Assembly: GCA_033442325.1 (NCBI GenBank) | Contig: JAWQFM010000015.1 | Span: forward strand, 1,229,904 to 1,271,418 | From: Salpingoeca rosetta | Taxonomy: Eukaryota; Protista; Choanoflagellata | Length of the DNA stretch: 41,515 bases | Reading direction: 5' to 3' | Shown: positions 25,916 through 39,477 of the stretch, one piece after another | Position numbering within the stretch: position 1 is the first letter of the stretch | Layout: every line of letters starts with the position of its first letter | Position numbers and translations under genes: made by a program | Notes under the pieces: model-generated | The model's input: the letters and a program-made list of their open reading frames with translations, nothing else | Told to the model about the DNA's origin: nothing | The model's database searches: none

Positions 25916-27741
25916 ATGGCCAACGAAGAGCGAGCATGGATCAAGAAGTTCGAGTGGGCTCTGCGAGTTGAGACACAGCGCCACGCACGTCTCTTTACGC
26001 ACCTCATGCCAACCCTCATCCGCTTCGACCTCTTTGAACTCCGCCAAGTCGTCGCCAACGACCTTCTCGAGGTGCGCGTCACATGTCTGTGTGCGTGTGT
26101 ATGAGTGTGTGTGTGTGTGTATGTCTGTCTGTGCTTGATGCATGTGTGTGTGTCTGTGTGTGTCTGCTTGATGTATGTGTGTGTATGTGTGTGTGATGGA
26201 GTGCGGCGATGGCGTGCAGTTTTGGATTGCAAAGTGTCTGTCATCCAAGAAGGCGGGGGTCTCTGCGTTATCATCCCGTGCGTTCATGCTCATGCTCTCA
26301 TTGACCTCTCCTCCTCCTCCTCCTCCTGCTTCTTCTCCTTCTTCTCCTTCTTCTTCTGTGCCTCATCTCCCCTTTCCACCCACCGCTTTCTCAACGTCAG
26401 ATGGCTTCGTTGAACCGGCACGGGCAACCCCGCAACAACCCAACCGTCAGCCAGCAAGTCTTCTCGCTCGCCCTCGCGGCCTTGGACGCCTACCTTGCCT
26501 CCATCGGCCCGCGCGCGCACGTAGACAACGCGCACACTATCGTGCGCATTGCGGCCGCCACCGCCTACTCCGTCGCCCAGAAGTACATTGACGTGGAAAC
26601 AGTCAATCGCGACGCCATCCAGCGCATCTTTCACACCGAGTGGCGGCTCATCGAGGTGCGAATGCATATGCGTGGTGATTGTGCATGCGTGTGTGTATTG
26701 TGTGTGTGTGTGTGTGTGTATCTGTGCGTGTGTGTATTTGTGTGTGTGTGTGCGTGGGTGTGGGTGTATTTGTGTGTTTGTGCGTGCGTGTGTGTATTGT
26801 GTGTGTGTGCGTGTGCGTGTGTGTATTGTGTGCATGTGTTTGTGTGTATTTGTGTGTTTGTGTATGTGTGTGCCATGTTCTGTTACGTTTTGTACATGCA
26901 TGTTGTGTGTACCCCATGTGGTGACGCCTGCGCATGCGGCACAACTCACCGTGCATTGCTCTCACGCATCCCACATCATTCCGTTTCTTGTCACTCTTCT
27001 AACCTTCCCTCCTGCCAACCCCCCCCCCCATCTCCATCACCACCACCACTGCCACCACTGCCACCACTGCCACCACTGCCAGGAGAACGAGACCATCCTG
27101 TTCCACCGCCTTGGGTTCAACCTCAACATCATGACGCCCTGCCGCTTCATCACTCTCCTCACCGCTGTCCTCGGCAACGGCAACTGGAACCGTGATCGCC
27201 TCTGGCACCGCGCAAACGCGCAGTGCAACTTCATCCTCACACGTGCGTTGCACGTAATGGTGATTGTGCGACTGTGGTGATTTGATTCTGTTTGTTTATG
27301 GGGTTGTGGGGCGTGAGATGATGAATGTTGGTGTATGGCGTGATTGTACGTGTGTGATTGTGGTTGTATGACCAATTTTGTGTTCGGTCATCCGTGCTCC
27401 CAATGCGTGTTTGTCCCTCTTCTCTTCCACCACCACAACACTTTGAGCCTCACACATGCCATCCGTTTCCAAAAACAACTCCCTTATCTCTCTTCTCTCC
27501 AATCTGCACCTGGCCCCCCACCGCCTCCCCCCGCTCCTCTCCATACACCAACCAGACCACGATCTGGCGTGCCTCGAGCCAGCCGTCAGCTACGGGCCCT
27601 CCCTCCTCGCCGGCGCGTGCGTGTGTGATTCGCTCTCGGCGGAAATCAGGGCCGCCGGTGTCCCCAACGCCCCAGATCTCATTCGTGACGTCTGCGAAGG
27701 ATTTTCCCGACGCTTCTTCCTCGAGCGCCGCGCGGTGCGTT

Positions 27742-27786
<45 letters not shown>

Positions 27787-30240
27787 GTTTGTTTGTTTGT
27801 TTGTTTGTTTGTTTGTTTGTTTGTTTGTTACCGCTTCACTTTAGCGTCGTCGTGTGCTCCGGAGCTGTATAAATGTGCACGTTCGTGTTGACAGCCCTTT
27901 TCCGCACCTCTCCTTCACCTTGCATTCCATCAAGCCCTCCTCACCACATGCTCCCGTCACTGACCCCATGTCCCTCCCTCCTTCTCCACCAACCCATCAA
28001 TCAACCCACAACAAACCCTCCACACACAACAACGCATCTGCATCCACAGGAGCTGTTCCACTGTCTGGCGTTTGTGCGGGCAATGCCTGCTGATGGCCGC
28101 GCCGACGACTGTCTCCTCTTTATTGGTCACCGGCCCGCAGACCTCGTGCCACCCCCACATCCCGAACACCACGACCAACACCACGATCACCACCACGATC
28201 AACACCATCACCAGCAGCACCATGGCGTCGGGGGTGTACTTGCCAGCCCTGACGTGGCCCGCGACGGGAGCGGTGACGATGACGGTGCGGAGGGCGATGA
28301 TGAAGGCGACGGCGGCTTTGACACAGACACGGACACGGAACTGCTTGACGACCGCGAGGATGAGGCCGCTCATCACAATCACGATACCAGCGACAATGAC
28401 AAGAACGACAAGAACAGCTCTTACTATCGTCGTCGTCGTCGTGCTGCTGGTGCTGCGGGTGCAGGTGCTGGTGTCACCCAAGCCGCAGCATCTTCATCAT
28501 CGTCGTCATCATCAGCGTCATCATCAGCGTTCCCTCCGTCCACCGCTCGAGCGCGCACGACCGTCTCTGCGCCGCCATCAACAGCGCCATGGCGCACACG
28601 GCCCGCCACCACAACGACTGCCATCACAAGCACTGTTTCATCAGCAATACCAACAACAGCATCAGCATCAGCAACAGCAACAACATCATCAACAACAGCA
28701 ACAGCAGCAACCACCTCCAGCACCACGTCTGTGGTCAACAACACCAGCAGCAGCCACCACGGTGTGCCTGCTCGCACCCCTGGCGACGGCTACCGCGACA
28801 TTGGCATGCAGGGGAGCAACTTGCTGACTGCTGGTGTTGCTGCAACAGTGCGCGCACAACAGGAGCGGCGCCGCCAAGAGAGAATCATGAAGCAGCAGAG
28901 AGCGCAGGAAGAAGAAGAAGGCGATGATGGTGATGACCACGATGATGATGGTGATGACCACAATGACGACGACGACGATGATGATGATGATGATGATGAT
29001 GGGCACGATGCACTCGTCAGCGAGAAGGAGAACAGGAAAACCACTCACGGTGGGAAGGATGCCCCTGCTGACGACGGCGATGAAGGAGACGAACAGCAAC
29101 GGCGTCAAGTACACAAGAGCAAGAGCAAGAGGACCAGCAGCAGAGCCACCGACAGCAACCCCACCATCACCACCAACAGCAGCAGCGGCAGCGGCGGCGG
29201 CAGCAGCAACGGCGGCAGTGGTGGTGATCAAGTGACCGGTGCTTCGCGTCGCACCACCCATCCTCGCTCGATCCTCAAAACATCGCCACCCGGGACCCGC
29301 CTGCGCATTCTGCACGTGGAGTTCAAGCAGGACCGGGAGAATTTCGAGGGCAAAGCAGCCCCGTTCCAGCCCATGATCCCCGAAGATGGCAGGCGTGGTC
29401 GTAGCGGCGGTCATGGTGATGGTGGTGATGGTAGTCATGTCGCATCGCGTGGATCTGCCAAGGACGAGTATGAGGATGGCGATGCCGGCGATGGTGATGG
29501 TGATGGGAACAAGGACGAGCAGGGCGACAGCGACGATGATGAGTTCTACACCGTGTTCAGCCAAGATGAGGACGAAGGTGCTGATGACGACGATGACCTC
29601 GATTACGACAACTACGACTTCCTGAGCGGCGGTGCGCGACAACACTGCCCCTCAACGCGGTCTGTGCCGGAGGGCGATGGCGACGAGGAAGAACAAGGCA
29701 CACAGGAACATGGCAATGATGGTGGTGGTGATAGTGATGATAGTGTCAACGGTGTTGATGGTGCTGATGGTGGTGCTGGCAATGATTTCAATGGCAACAG
29801 TGGCAACGCCGATGCCAGCACATTCAGGCGTGAGAGAGGAAAGCGCAGCCCCGACGAGGTACTCATTGAATCGCCCACGCGTTACAACTCGCCCAAGAAA
29901 CGGCCACACGGCGTGGACAGCATGCGTGGTGTCTCTGCTGGCGGTCGGGCGTGTGTTCACGCATCGCCATCCAAGGCCGCTGTGTCAAGAGCACTTGCAG
30001 CGGCACCAGCTGCCGACATGCGCAAGACACCGCCAAGGCAGGAGGATGCACAAGAGACGGTTGTCTCCTCGCCGACACCGCCAACGCCGCCAACACCCTC
30101 TGATTCGCACAGAAGAATGAACTCGAAGCGAGCAGCCAGGGATGTGCTTGAGGAGAGCAGCGGTGCTGTCACCGCTGGCCGACGCACGCGATCCAAGACG
30201 CAAATGCAGACAGCAGAGCAGGTGGATGGCTGGCAGCAAC

Positions 30241-30274
<34 letters not shown>

Positions 30275-30344
30275 GGAAGAAGAAGAGGAGCAGGTGCCAC
30301 GGCCGCGAACCCGCCTCTCAACCCGGAGGCTCACACCCAAGTGA
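25916..30344 (+). CDS. Divergent cyclin-fold protein with a long low-complexity C-terminal tail
   Basis: Exons 25916-26071, 26401-26655, 27083-27242, 27556-27734, 28050-30344, in phase. Cyclin-box pattern: LRQVVANDL..FSLALAALDAYL..AAATAYSVAQKYID..ENETILFHRLGFNLNIMTPCRFI..YGPSLLAGACV. Confidence 0.75.
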
Positions 30345-31094
30345 TGCCTGGTGATGATTGTCGAGCGGGATAATGGGTGGTGGATTGGTGGTGATGGGAA
30401 GGAGCACCCATGGTTGTGTGTGCTCTTTGTATTGTTTTGTTTTTCTGTGCGTTTTTAATTGGTCTTGCGTTCATCTCATAATTGGCCCAGCAGCTACGCT
30501 TACCCGATACGTGCTCGCCTTCCCTTCCTTCCAGCCCCCCCCCCCTTTTTCTCAATCCTCGTGACCCACTTTCCCCCAACTCGCATCCCTTTCATCTTCG
30601 TCCTTCACCTTTCCGGTTGTGGTCTCGTGCGTTCTTTGTCTCTTATTTTGTTGTTTGATTGACCCTTTGCTTTTGCTTTGCTTGCTGTGTTCGTCTGTTG
30701 GTTGGCCATCAGCCACGTGCACCGCACGTGCTGCCCCAATCTCCAAAACGCCGCGCGTGTTGGTGGTGTGACATGGCCTGCTGCTGCTGGTGCGGGTTGT
30801 TATTGCGGTGGTCGTGGTGCCAGAGGCGGTGCTGGTTGTTATTGTGGTGGTGTTGGTGTTGGCGGTGGTGGTGGTGATCCTCGGCGTTGTTCGCGTCTGT
30901 CGTTTGTGTTGGTTGTTGCAGCCGCTCCCGTCGAGCAGCCACGGCCGAGTGCGTGTCCTTGCTATTCTCTTCGTATGTAGTCGATTAAATCAACCCCAAG
31001 ATCACACAGAGAGAGAGAGAGAGAGAGTGTGTGTGTGTGTGTGTATGGTTGTGTGTAACTGTGCGTGTGTAACTGTGCGTGTGTATCTGTGTGT

Positions 31095-31167
<73 letters not shown>

Positions 31168-32563
31168 GCGTTCGAAGCCACCATCATCATCGCATACGCC
31201 TAACTCAGCACAAGAAATCGCACACCCACACCCACATATGAACGTTGTCATGCCATTGGTGCCTTGTTGGTGTTGTTCACTCAGTGGTAGGGTGACGTAA
31301 GGAGGGGGAGGAGGAGGAGGAGGAGGAGGAGGGAGTATGCTACGCTAGGTCAACAAGAAAGCGCCAGGGGAAAAAAAAAAAAACCAACACAACCACAATG
31401 ATCAGAACAAGCACGAGGGACACACAAACACATGACGACGACGAAAACCAGGGGTTGTGATATCAGAGACGGGTCGGAAACGACTAACAAACCGAAGGGC
31501 AGCATAGCATGATGCATAACACAGCAACGCAAGCAAGCAAACGAACAGCGATGAGAGTGCATCATCGCGACAACAGCCAGCACACTGCAAGACACGTGTG
31601 GCAGCTGGGTGTGCTGCGTGCAAGAATCGTTGTTGGGCAACCAAGAGACAGCGTGCTGGGAAGCAGTAAACCCCGCTGTCTCCCCAGGCGTGGCAGCCAG
31701 TACTGCTGGCTCTGCCTGGTGCAAAACCTCCGACGTGCTGTTGCTGCTGCTGTTCAGCAATCCAGTTGCGAACAGCAATGATGTGGGCGCTGCTTGGAGG
31801 TGTTGCTTGGGGGGAAGAACGAAGAAGGACAACCCCAATGCCGAAGAAGCACGTGCATGTGCTTGGTGGTAAGAAAGAGAAAAACGAGTGGATGAGAAAG
31901 TGAGGCGATGGTCAACAACAGCTACAGACTAAAACCACTGGGAGGAAAAATCAAACGAGAAAACCGAAGTCATGAAAAGGATGCCATGGAGAGTGTGAGC
32001 GGGTGTGCAGGTGGGAAGCAGAAAGGAGTTGCCACTCGCACGCGCGTGTGCGTTGTCGAGTGCAAACGCAAGCAACGACATCTGCGCGCCTGCACAACAC
32101 ACGGGCGCAAATTGCACGCGCAGTGCGACCATGCGGAGACGTAGGAGGACGAAGGTAGATGAGCAGGAAAGCAAGGTCGTGGAACCTCAAGGCGAACGAG
32201 AACAAGCGGCGCGCTCTGGCGATTCGATAACAGCAACAAGAGCGGCACGAACAGAAACACAGTGCAGTGTCAGTGTCAGAGAGAGAGAGAGAGAAACAAA
32301 AACACGTAACAAAGAAGGCGAACTAGACGCAAGGTTCATGGTGGCCACAAACAATGGCGACGACGATGACCACAACGATGACGATGATGATAGCGCTGTG
32401 CTGATGGTGATGATGAAGAAGCGAGTGCTGCGATGGGAGCACGTCAAAACGAGTGCTGTCACAAAGAATGAAGCAACAAGGGCCTTGAGGGAGAGTGATT
32501 GGGTCGTGCTGGTGGTGGTGACGGTGGCGGGTAACATGACGCAACGCGTGGAGCGTGTTTGGT

Positions 32564-32764
32564 CTACGCGCTCCTGCCAAAGTTGAGGGAGGAGGAAGGG
32601 GAGACGGAGAGGGAGGTGGACAGGGAGTAGATGTTCCCGAGGAAGCTCTGGTCCTCCGCGTTCATTTCCTTAAGGTTGGAGATGGCTGTACGGGTTGTTT
32701 TGGTTGGAGGGGGCGGGGGCAAAGCAGTCGTGACGGGGTGGAGGCGGTGAGAAAATGGGTGGGG

Positions 32765-32861
<97 letters not shown>

Positions 32862-33259
32862 AAGAGGGAGAGAGGAAGTGGGATGTTGTGATTGTGTTGT
32901 GGTTGTTGTGCAGGGTGTGTTGCATTACACATGACAACAGGTTGCTGTGTAGGGTGTACAACCCCCAAAGCTTGAGCCTGTAGCAGCGGGTCAAGCAAAC
33001 ACACTGTCGCAACTCACCGAGCAGCATCTTGCGCCGGGCGCCAAAGGTGGTCACGCCAATGTTGATGAGATCGTCCTCCGTGAGCGTGAGGAAGATGGCC
33101 AGGTCAATCTCCTCCTTGGCAAAGAGCGAATCGTAGCTGTTGAGGCCAAGTTTCGCCAGGAGCTCCGGCAGCGAACGCACGTTCCAGTACTTTTTCATCT
33201 GGCGACAGGGACAGAGAGAGAGAGAGAGAGGTAGAGGGGGAGAGGTAGAGGGGGGGAGG

Positions 33260-33293
<34 letters not shown>

Positions 33294-34689
33294 GAAACAC
33301 ACAGAGTGTGCATATGTGCGGGGGACGAGGATGGTGAGATGGTGGCCGGAAGGAAAACTGGTGAATGGAATCGGGAGTGTGGGAAGGGGGCATGCCAAAA
33401 GCGCCACCAGTGGTTCACACACACGCAGACACACACGCACAACAACGCAGACACACGCACGACACAAACACAGACACACACTAACCTCCTCTGTGACGGG
33501 CGCGTGGCTGCGGCTGGGCGACTGCAGGAGGTGCATTGCGCTCTGTGCCGGCGTGCCCGACTGCGATGCACCCGTGTGCGCGCGTGTCATCACAGGCGAT
33601 GCCATGCTGCCGGGTGTCGACACGCCGCTCCCCGGTGCCGTCGCCAGCAACGACGTGGACAACGATGTTTGAGGCGCCGTTGATGTTGCTGGCGCTGCTG
33701 TTGACGCGGTGGTCTGTGATGGCGGGCGCGATGGCGTGAGGGAGGACGTGCTGCTGCTGTTGTTGCTGTTGGCGTTGCTGTTGGTCGCCGTGGGTTGCGA
33801 GGAGGGCGTGGCAGTGCCCGTTGTTGTTGGCGGGTTGGGCGAGTGTGCGTTGCTGGATGACGGTGGTGACAGCTGCTTCGATCCAATTGCCGACAGCACG
33901 GGCTCCGGCAGCGGCGGCAGCGTCTCCAGCTGTGATCACGCATGAAAATGGTCGAGAGGAACAAAGGAAAGGGGGAAGGGAGTGAGCGATGAGACGAGCC
34001 AAAATGGATGAGGATCTGTGAGGACGGGCAAGACTTTGTCCATCGCCAATGCGATGAAGCATCAGCGCACACACACGCATACACGCACACACATACGCGC
34101 GCACACACACACGAGCATGCACACGCGCACATACGCGCGCATACATGCACACACGCAGACACACACCTGTTCGTGGCGGGCGAGGCTGCCGCTGGGGAGA
34201 ATTGCGCTCGAGAAGAGGCGGTGTGATTCGTGCCTCACCGACGACGATGAGGAGGACGGCATGGCCGCGTACCCGCCACCAACGGTGCTGGTGTTGGTGT
34301 TGGTGGCAGAAGTGCCATAAGCGGCGGCGTCACTGGGAGCCGACGTGGATGGGTTGTCATCGCCAGTGTGTTGGGCTGCGGCGGCCTCCGCCTGCTGCGC
34401 CTCAAGTGCCCGCAGTCGCTTGATCTCGTGCGCAGGCATCGACCGCGAAAACCCGTCGCCAACAAACAGGCTGCACACGGGACATGGGGGGGGGAGGAGA
34501 GGTAAAGCAGGGTGAGCAGGCGTGGTTGTGGTTGTGGTTGTGGTTGTGGTTGTGTTGTGGTTGTGGTTGTGGTTGTGGTTGTGGTTGTGGGAGTCAGTGT
34601 GAATCAGAATGTGTATGTATAGTGTGGCATCTAAGAAGCAATGCTTCCACGCTTTTGTGTGTGTGCTGGTGTGTGTGTGCTGGTGTGCT

Positions 34690-34761
<72 letters not shown>

Positions 34762-35078
34762 AGTGTGCGCGCGCGTTGGTTGTGAATGTGTGTTGAACGT
34801 TGTCAACAGTGTGCGGCATTACTTTGTTGGGACGCGGACGGGCCTGGAGTCTGGCTGCATGACGGCGCGCTCCGCAAGGAGGCGGCGGTGCTCGTAGTCA
34901 ATGTCTGGTGGCGGCGCAGTCAACCACACCAGGCAACCATGAGCTGCTGCAATCGCGGTGACGCGGCCTTAACTATTTGGGGCCGTCAGGTGGATAGCAG
35001 CCTCTAACAAAATCAGCGATTGGGCCTTTTGACGACTAAAATTATCCCTCAACAGCCTATCTTTGTCTTAATTGTCCT

Positions 35079-35116
<38 letters not shown>

Positions 35117-37407
35117 GACACCAAGGGAAGAATAGACAGACAGCAAGTGGCATTCACACACACACACGCCCACACCAGAGGATGGTCTACGCTGCGACAT
35201 ACAAAGAAGCACACAGAAGCACACAAAAGAGCACATAGAAGCACACACAGAAGCACAAAGGCAGGAACCAGGATGGCCCATCTCACCCTTGAGCTTGTCT
35301 CTGCTGGCCTTGGATGGGATTGGGGCGTATGGGTTGAGGCCAGCATCATCCGTGACGCCGCCGCTGCCACTGCTGTCTGTTGTTGCTGCTGCTGTTGGTG
35401 GTGTCGTGGAGGCGTTGGCCATTGCTGATGCTGCTGTTGAGGACGGGGTGTTGATGGGCGCGCCAACAACGCCCACCTCGTCTGTGGCAGCAGGGGAGGT
35501 GATGGTGTTGGACGGCTGGTGCTGCTGCGACGATGGCGGCGGTAGCGGCGGCTGGTTGTGCCAAGGGTTGCTGGGGGGTGGTACATACACGTCAGCGTCC
35601 GTCGATGTGGACTGCCACAGCGAGGACGTGTCACCGCCAACGAATGGTGCGCCACCCTGCAGCTGGTGGTGCTGGTGGTGCTGGTGGTGCTGTGGGAAGG
35701 GCTGGTGCACGGGGCCAAGGTGCATGCTGGCAGCCTGCGACACGAGCGCGTCCTGTGCGTATGCGTGCGGCTGCTGGTACGGCGCTGTGAATGCGTCTAT
35801 CATGCCTGCGCCGTTGGCAGACACGTCGTACGGCGCGACGCCGTGTGCGGGCGGCTGCGGCGACGTCGATCCCCGTGAGAAGTTGGGCGGTGCGAGGCCC
35901 GGCGCTGCGGGAGATGCAAACGCGTACATGTTCTGCTGGTGCTGGTGCTGGTGCTGGTGCTGGTGCGGCTGTGGCGGCGGCGGCTGGTGGGGATGGCCGT
36001 GGAACGGCTGTGGGTGGTGCTGGTGGTGATGCTGGTGCGGGTGGTGTTGGTGGGGCGGCAGCTGCGGTGGTGGAGCAGGGTGGTGGTGGTGCATGTGGCG
36101 GTGGTGGTGCTGGTGGTGTGGGAGCACGTGGAAGGATGGGTCTGGCGCATCGTACTCCGGCAGCGCGGGCGACTCGCGGTGCTCAAAGATGTCGCTGAAC
36201 GTGTCCACTGGTGATGGTGGCGTGGTTTTTTTTTTTTTTTTTGGGGGGGGGTGGGGTGGGAGAGTGAGGATTGTGTGTATTTATGTGTGTGTATGTGTGC
36301 GTGCGTGCGTGCGTGCGTGTGTGTGTGTTGTGTGTGTTGTGTTCGAGGGGGATCGCGTGCAAAAATGAGTGTGCGCGTGTGTCAGTATGGGGGGAAACAG
36401 TACCTTTGAACGGCGGCGCGAACTTTGGGTCGTAGAGAATGGTGTTGAAGTCTTCAGCGTCGATATCAATGTCGCCATAGCCAAAGTTCTGCACCTGCTG
36501 CTCACGCAGAAACCGAGCGGAAGCAGTGGGGAGAGGCGAAACGTCAAGCCGACGAAAACAACGCCATACTCACCACGGCACAGCACCACAACGCAGACGG
36601 GCTGACACCACAGCCACGTACGCACACATACAATACCAGGATCCATTCACAGAAGGCACACACACGCACGCACGCACACTCACACACACATACAGGCACA
36701 CATACACGCACGCACGCACACGCACACACATACACACACAATGAAGACTCACGCGAACGCGGGCCCTGATGAGAAGGGCGCGCCTGGCCTGGTAGAGTTG
36801 GGACACGGCGGCCTCAATGCCGCGCAGCGTAATGGTCAGCAGCTGGCCCGTCAGCTTAAACGCGCACCGAATCGTGGGAAATTGATCCACAATGGCGGCG
36901 AGCGCCGTCTCCAGCGACGACTGGTGGTCTGGTGATGACAGTAGTGGTGGCGGTGAAGTGGGATGTGTGGTGTTGTGGTGGGGTGAGCGCACGCATGTGT
37001 GTGTTTGTTTACCTGTGTGCAAAGTAACACTTGACACAACTAACAAAGTCAAGAAACATATCATTGAAGGCCACCAAGAATAAAACAGCAGGAAACAGCA
37101 ACAAACAACACAACAGCCAAACAACAGCAACCAAACAACAAACAATGACCACCAACAACGACCACTAGCGACTACACATAATCGAGAAGGGTACGCACTC
37201 TGTTCTGCAAACTCCATGAGGGCCTTGGTGCCGTCGGGCGGGATGTCAAAAGTGATGGAGATTGGGAGGCGCGTCTGCATCTGGCAGAGCACGAGCTTCA
37301 CGTCTTCGCGCCGACCGGTCACTTGCAGCGACGAGCCGTGGCCGGGGTCAAGAAACACAATCCTGCAGCAAACAGGGACAAGGAGGAGACTGCTGTCAGA
37401 ATTCATC

Positions 37408-37456
<49 letters not shown>

Positions 37457-39260
37457 GGTTCGCACGCACAATGAAGCACGCACAAGCGTGCACACACGAA
37501 GCTACGCATACACACACAAGAGAGATGCAGTACGCGTGTATCCACCTTCCCCTCCTCCCACACCCCACCTCCACACCCAACCAAATGCAACGCAGCAGCC
37601 CTCACTTTGTGTTTGTGCGCTGCATGAGCTGGGCGACGGCGCCGTGGTGGGCGTGGCCAATGAGGGCGGCGTGGTGCACAGAGGAGATGTCAAACTGCAG
37701 CGTGTACGACCGCAGCGAGGGGTCGACGTGCCACGTGGACAGCACGTGCCGCGCCGCCTCCTCCAGCACAGACGCGCGCCCGCGCGGGCCCTTAAACATG
37801 ACAAACACGCGTCCGCTGTGCTGCTTGAAGAAGACGGTGATTGCGTAACGCTCGGCCGTGTTCTGGATGAGCGGCGTCATGCGCAGTTCGTCCCGCGGCA
37901 CAAACGGCGGTATCTCGAGGCTGTGCGGGAGGGAGTTGTTGTTGGGGTGAGGTGGTGAGGGGGGGGTTGGAGGGTGAGCGAGTGAGTTAGTAAGTCTGAG
38001 TGTGTGATTGTGTGTGTGTGTGCATGTATGTGCATGTGTGTTGATGTGTGTGTGTGTGTGTGTGCAAACATGCGTGTGAATGAGTTGGCATGCTCGAAGT
38101 GTTGAGATGCCCGTGGCAGTGCAGATGAGAAGGCACACACCAGATGATGACGGGGGTGAGAGCGCGGAGTTGGATGCGCGCCTGTTCAACGCCCTCCGGC
38201 AGTCCGGTAATGGTCACCTGTGCAGCGAAATTGGGTGGGGTGGGGGCAGGGGGACACAAGGGTGAGAACAGCGAGGTGTGGTGTGGCATTGATGGACGAA
38301 TCAAAGGGAAAGTGAAGCGTACCACAGATCAGCGCAAAAACGTGTTGGGGGGGGGGTTCGAAGGCAAACGAGCACACACACACACACATATATATGTATA
38401 TACACACACACATACACATACACATGCACGCACACACACACACACACACAATCTCTCTCTTATACACACAACACATGCACACGTCGCACTCTCAAGTACA
38501 CATTTACCTGGTTCTTTGACGGTGTTGCCGATGATNNNNNNNNNNNNNNNNNNNNNNNNNNNNNNNNNNNNNNNNNNNNNNNNNNNNNNNNNNNNNNNNN
38601 NNNNNNNNNNNNNNNNNNNNNNNNNNNNNNNNNNNNNNNNNNNNNNNNNNNNNNNNNNNNNNNNNNNNNNNNNNNNNNNNNNNNNNNNNNNNNNNNNNNN
38701 NNNNNNNNNNNNNNNNNNNNNNNNNNNNNNNNNNNNNNNNNNNNNNNNNNNNNNNNNNNNNNNNNNNNNNNNNNNNNNNNNNNNNNNNNNNNNNNNNNNN
38801 NNNNNNNNNNNNNNNNNNNNNNNNNNNNNNNNNNNNNNNNNNNNNNNNNNNNNNNNNNNNNNNNNNNNNNNNNNNNNNNNNNNNNNNNNNNNNNNNNNNN
38901 NNNNNNNNNNNNNNNNNNNNNNNNNNNNNNNNNNNNNNNNNNNNNNNNNNNNNNNNNNNNNNNNNNNNNNNNNNNNNNNNNNNNNNNNNNNNNNNNNNNN
39001 NNNNNNNNNNNNNNNNNNNNNNNNNNNNNNNNNNNNNNNNNNNNNNNNNNNNNNNNNNNNNNNNNNNNNNNNNNNNNNNNNNNNNNNNNNNNNNNNNNNN
39101 NNNNNNNNNNNNNNNNNNNNNNNNNNNNNNNNNNNNNNNNNNNNNNNNNNNNNNNNNNNNNNNNNNNNNNNNNNNNNNNNNNNNNNNNNNNNNNNNNNNN
39201 NNNNNNNNNNNNNNNNNNNNNNNNNNNNNNNNNNNNNNNNNNNNNNNNNNNNNNNNNNNC

Positions 39261-39331
<71 letters not shown>

Positions 39332-39477
39332 CCTTGGAGGATGTGTTCGAGCAGCCGCCGCTCCACGCGCAGCTTGATCTCGTAGCGACGGGGCTCATGC
39401 GGCGCAAGCGCGTCGATGGTCACTCCATCATGCAGGGATCCAAGGTTGCTGTCTTGAGAGGTGCGGGTGTCGGCCAT
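32564..39477 (-). CDS. BICC1: Bicaudal-C homolog (KH-domain RNA-binding protein with C-terminal SAM); part lies in gap 38536-39259
   Basis: EIKLRVERRLLEHILQ (BicC N-terminus); KNQVTITGLPEGVEQARIQLRALTPVII and further KH repeats; BicC-specific DYEHRRLLAERAV..VRVPTNLFVGDGFSRSMPAHEIK; SAM domain SLPELLAKLGLNSYDSLFAKEEIDLAIFLTLTEDDLINIGVTTFGARRKMLLAISNL; stop at 32564. Confidence 0.92.
34941..35079 (+). ncRNA. Putative two-hairpin structured element in a Bicaudal-C intron (antisense to host)
   Basis: Atypical TA-rich, high-complexity patch. Stems GCTGCTG/TAGCAGC, TGAC/GTCA, GGCCTTAA/TTGGGGCC, then an A-rich linker and a weaker second hairpin. Family unknown. Confidence 0.35.
38536..39259. other. 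Assembly gap
   Basis: N run. Confidence 1.

Noticed and set aside
34941-35005. Hammerhead ribozyme or known riboswitch
   Set aside because: The minus strand has CTGACGG rather than CUGANGA and no GAAA core; TPP, FMN and SAM consensus motifs are absent.
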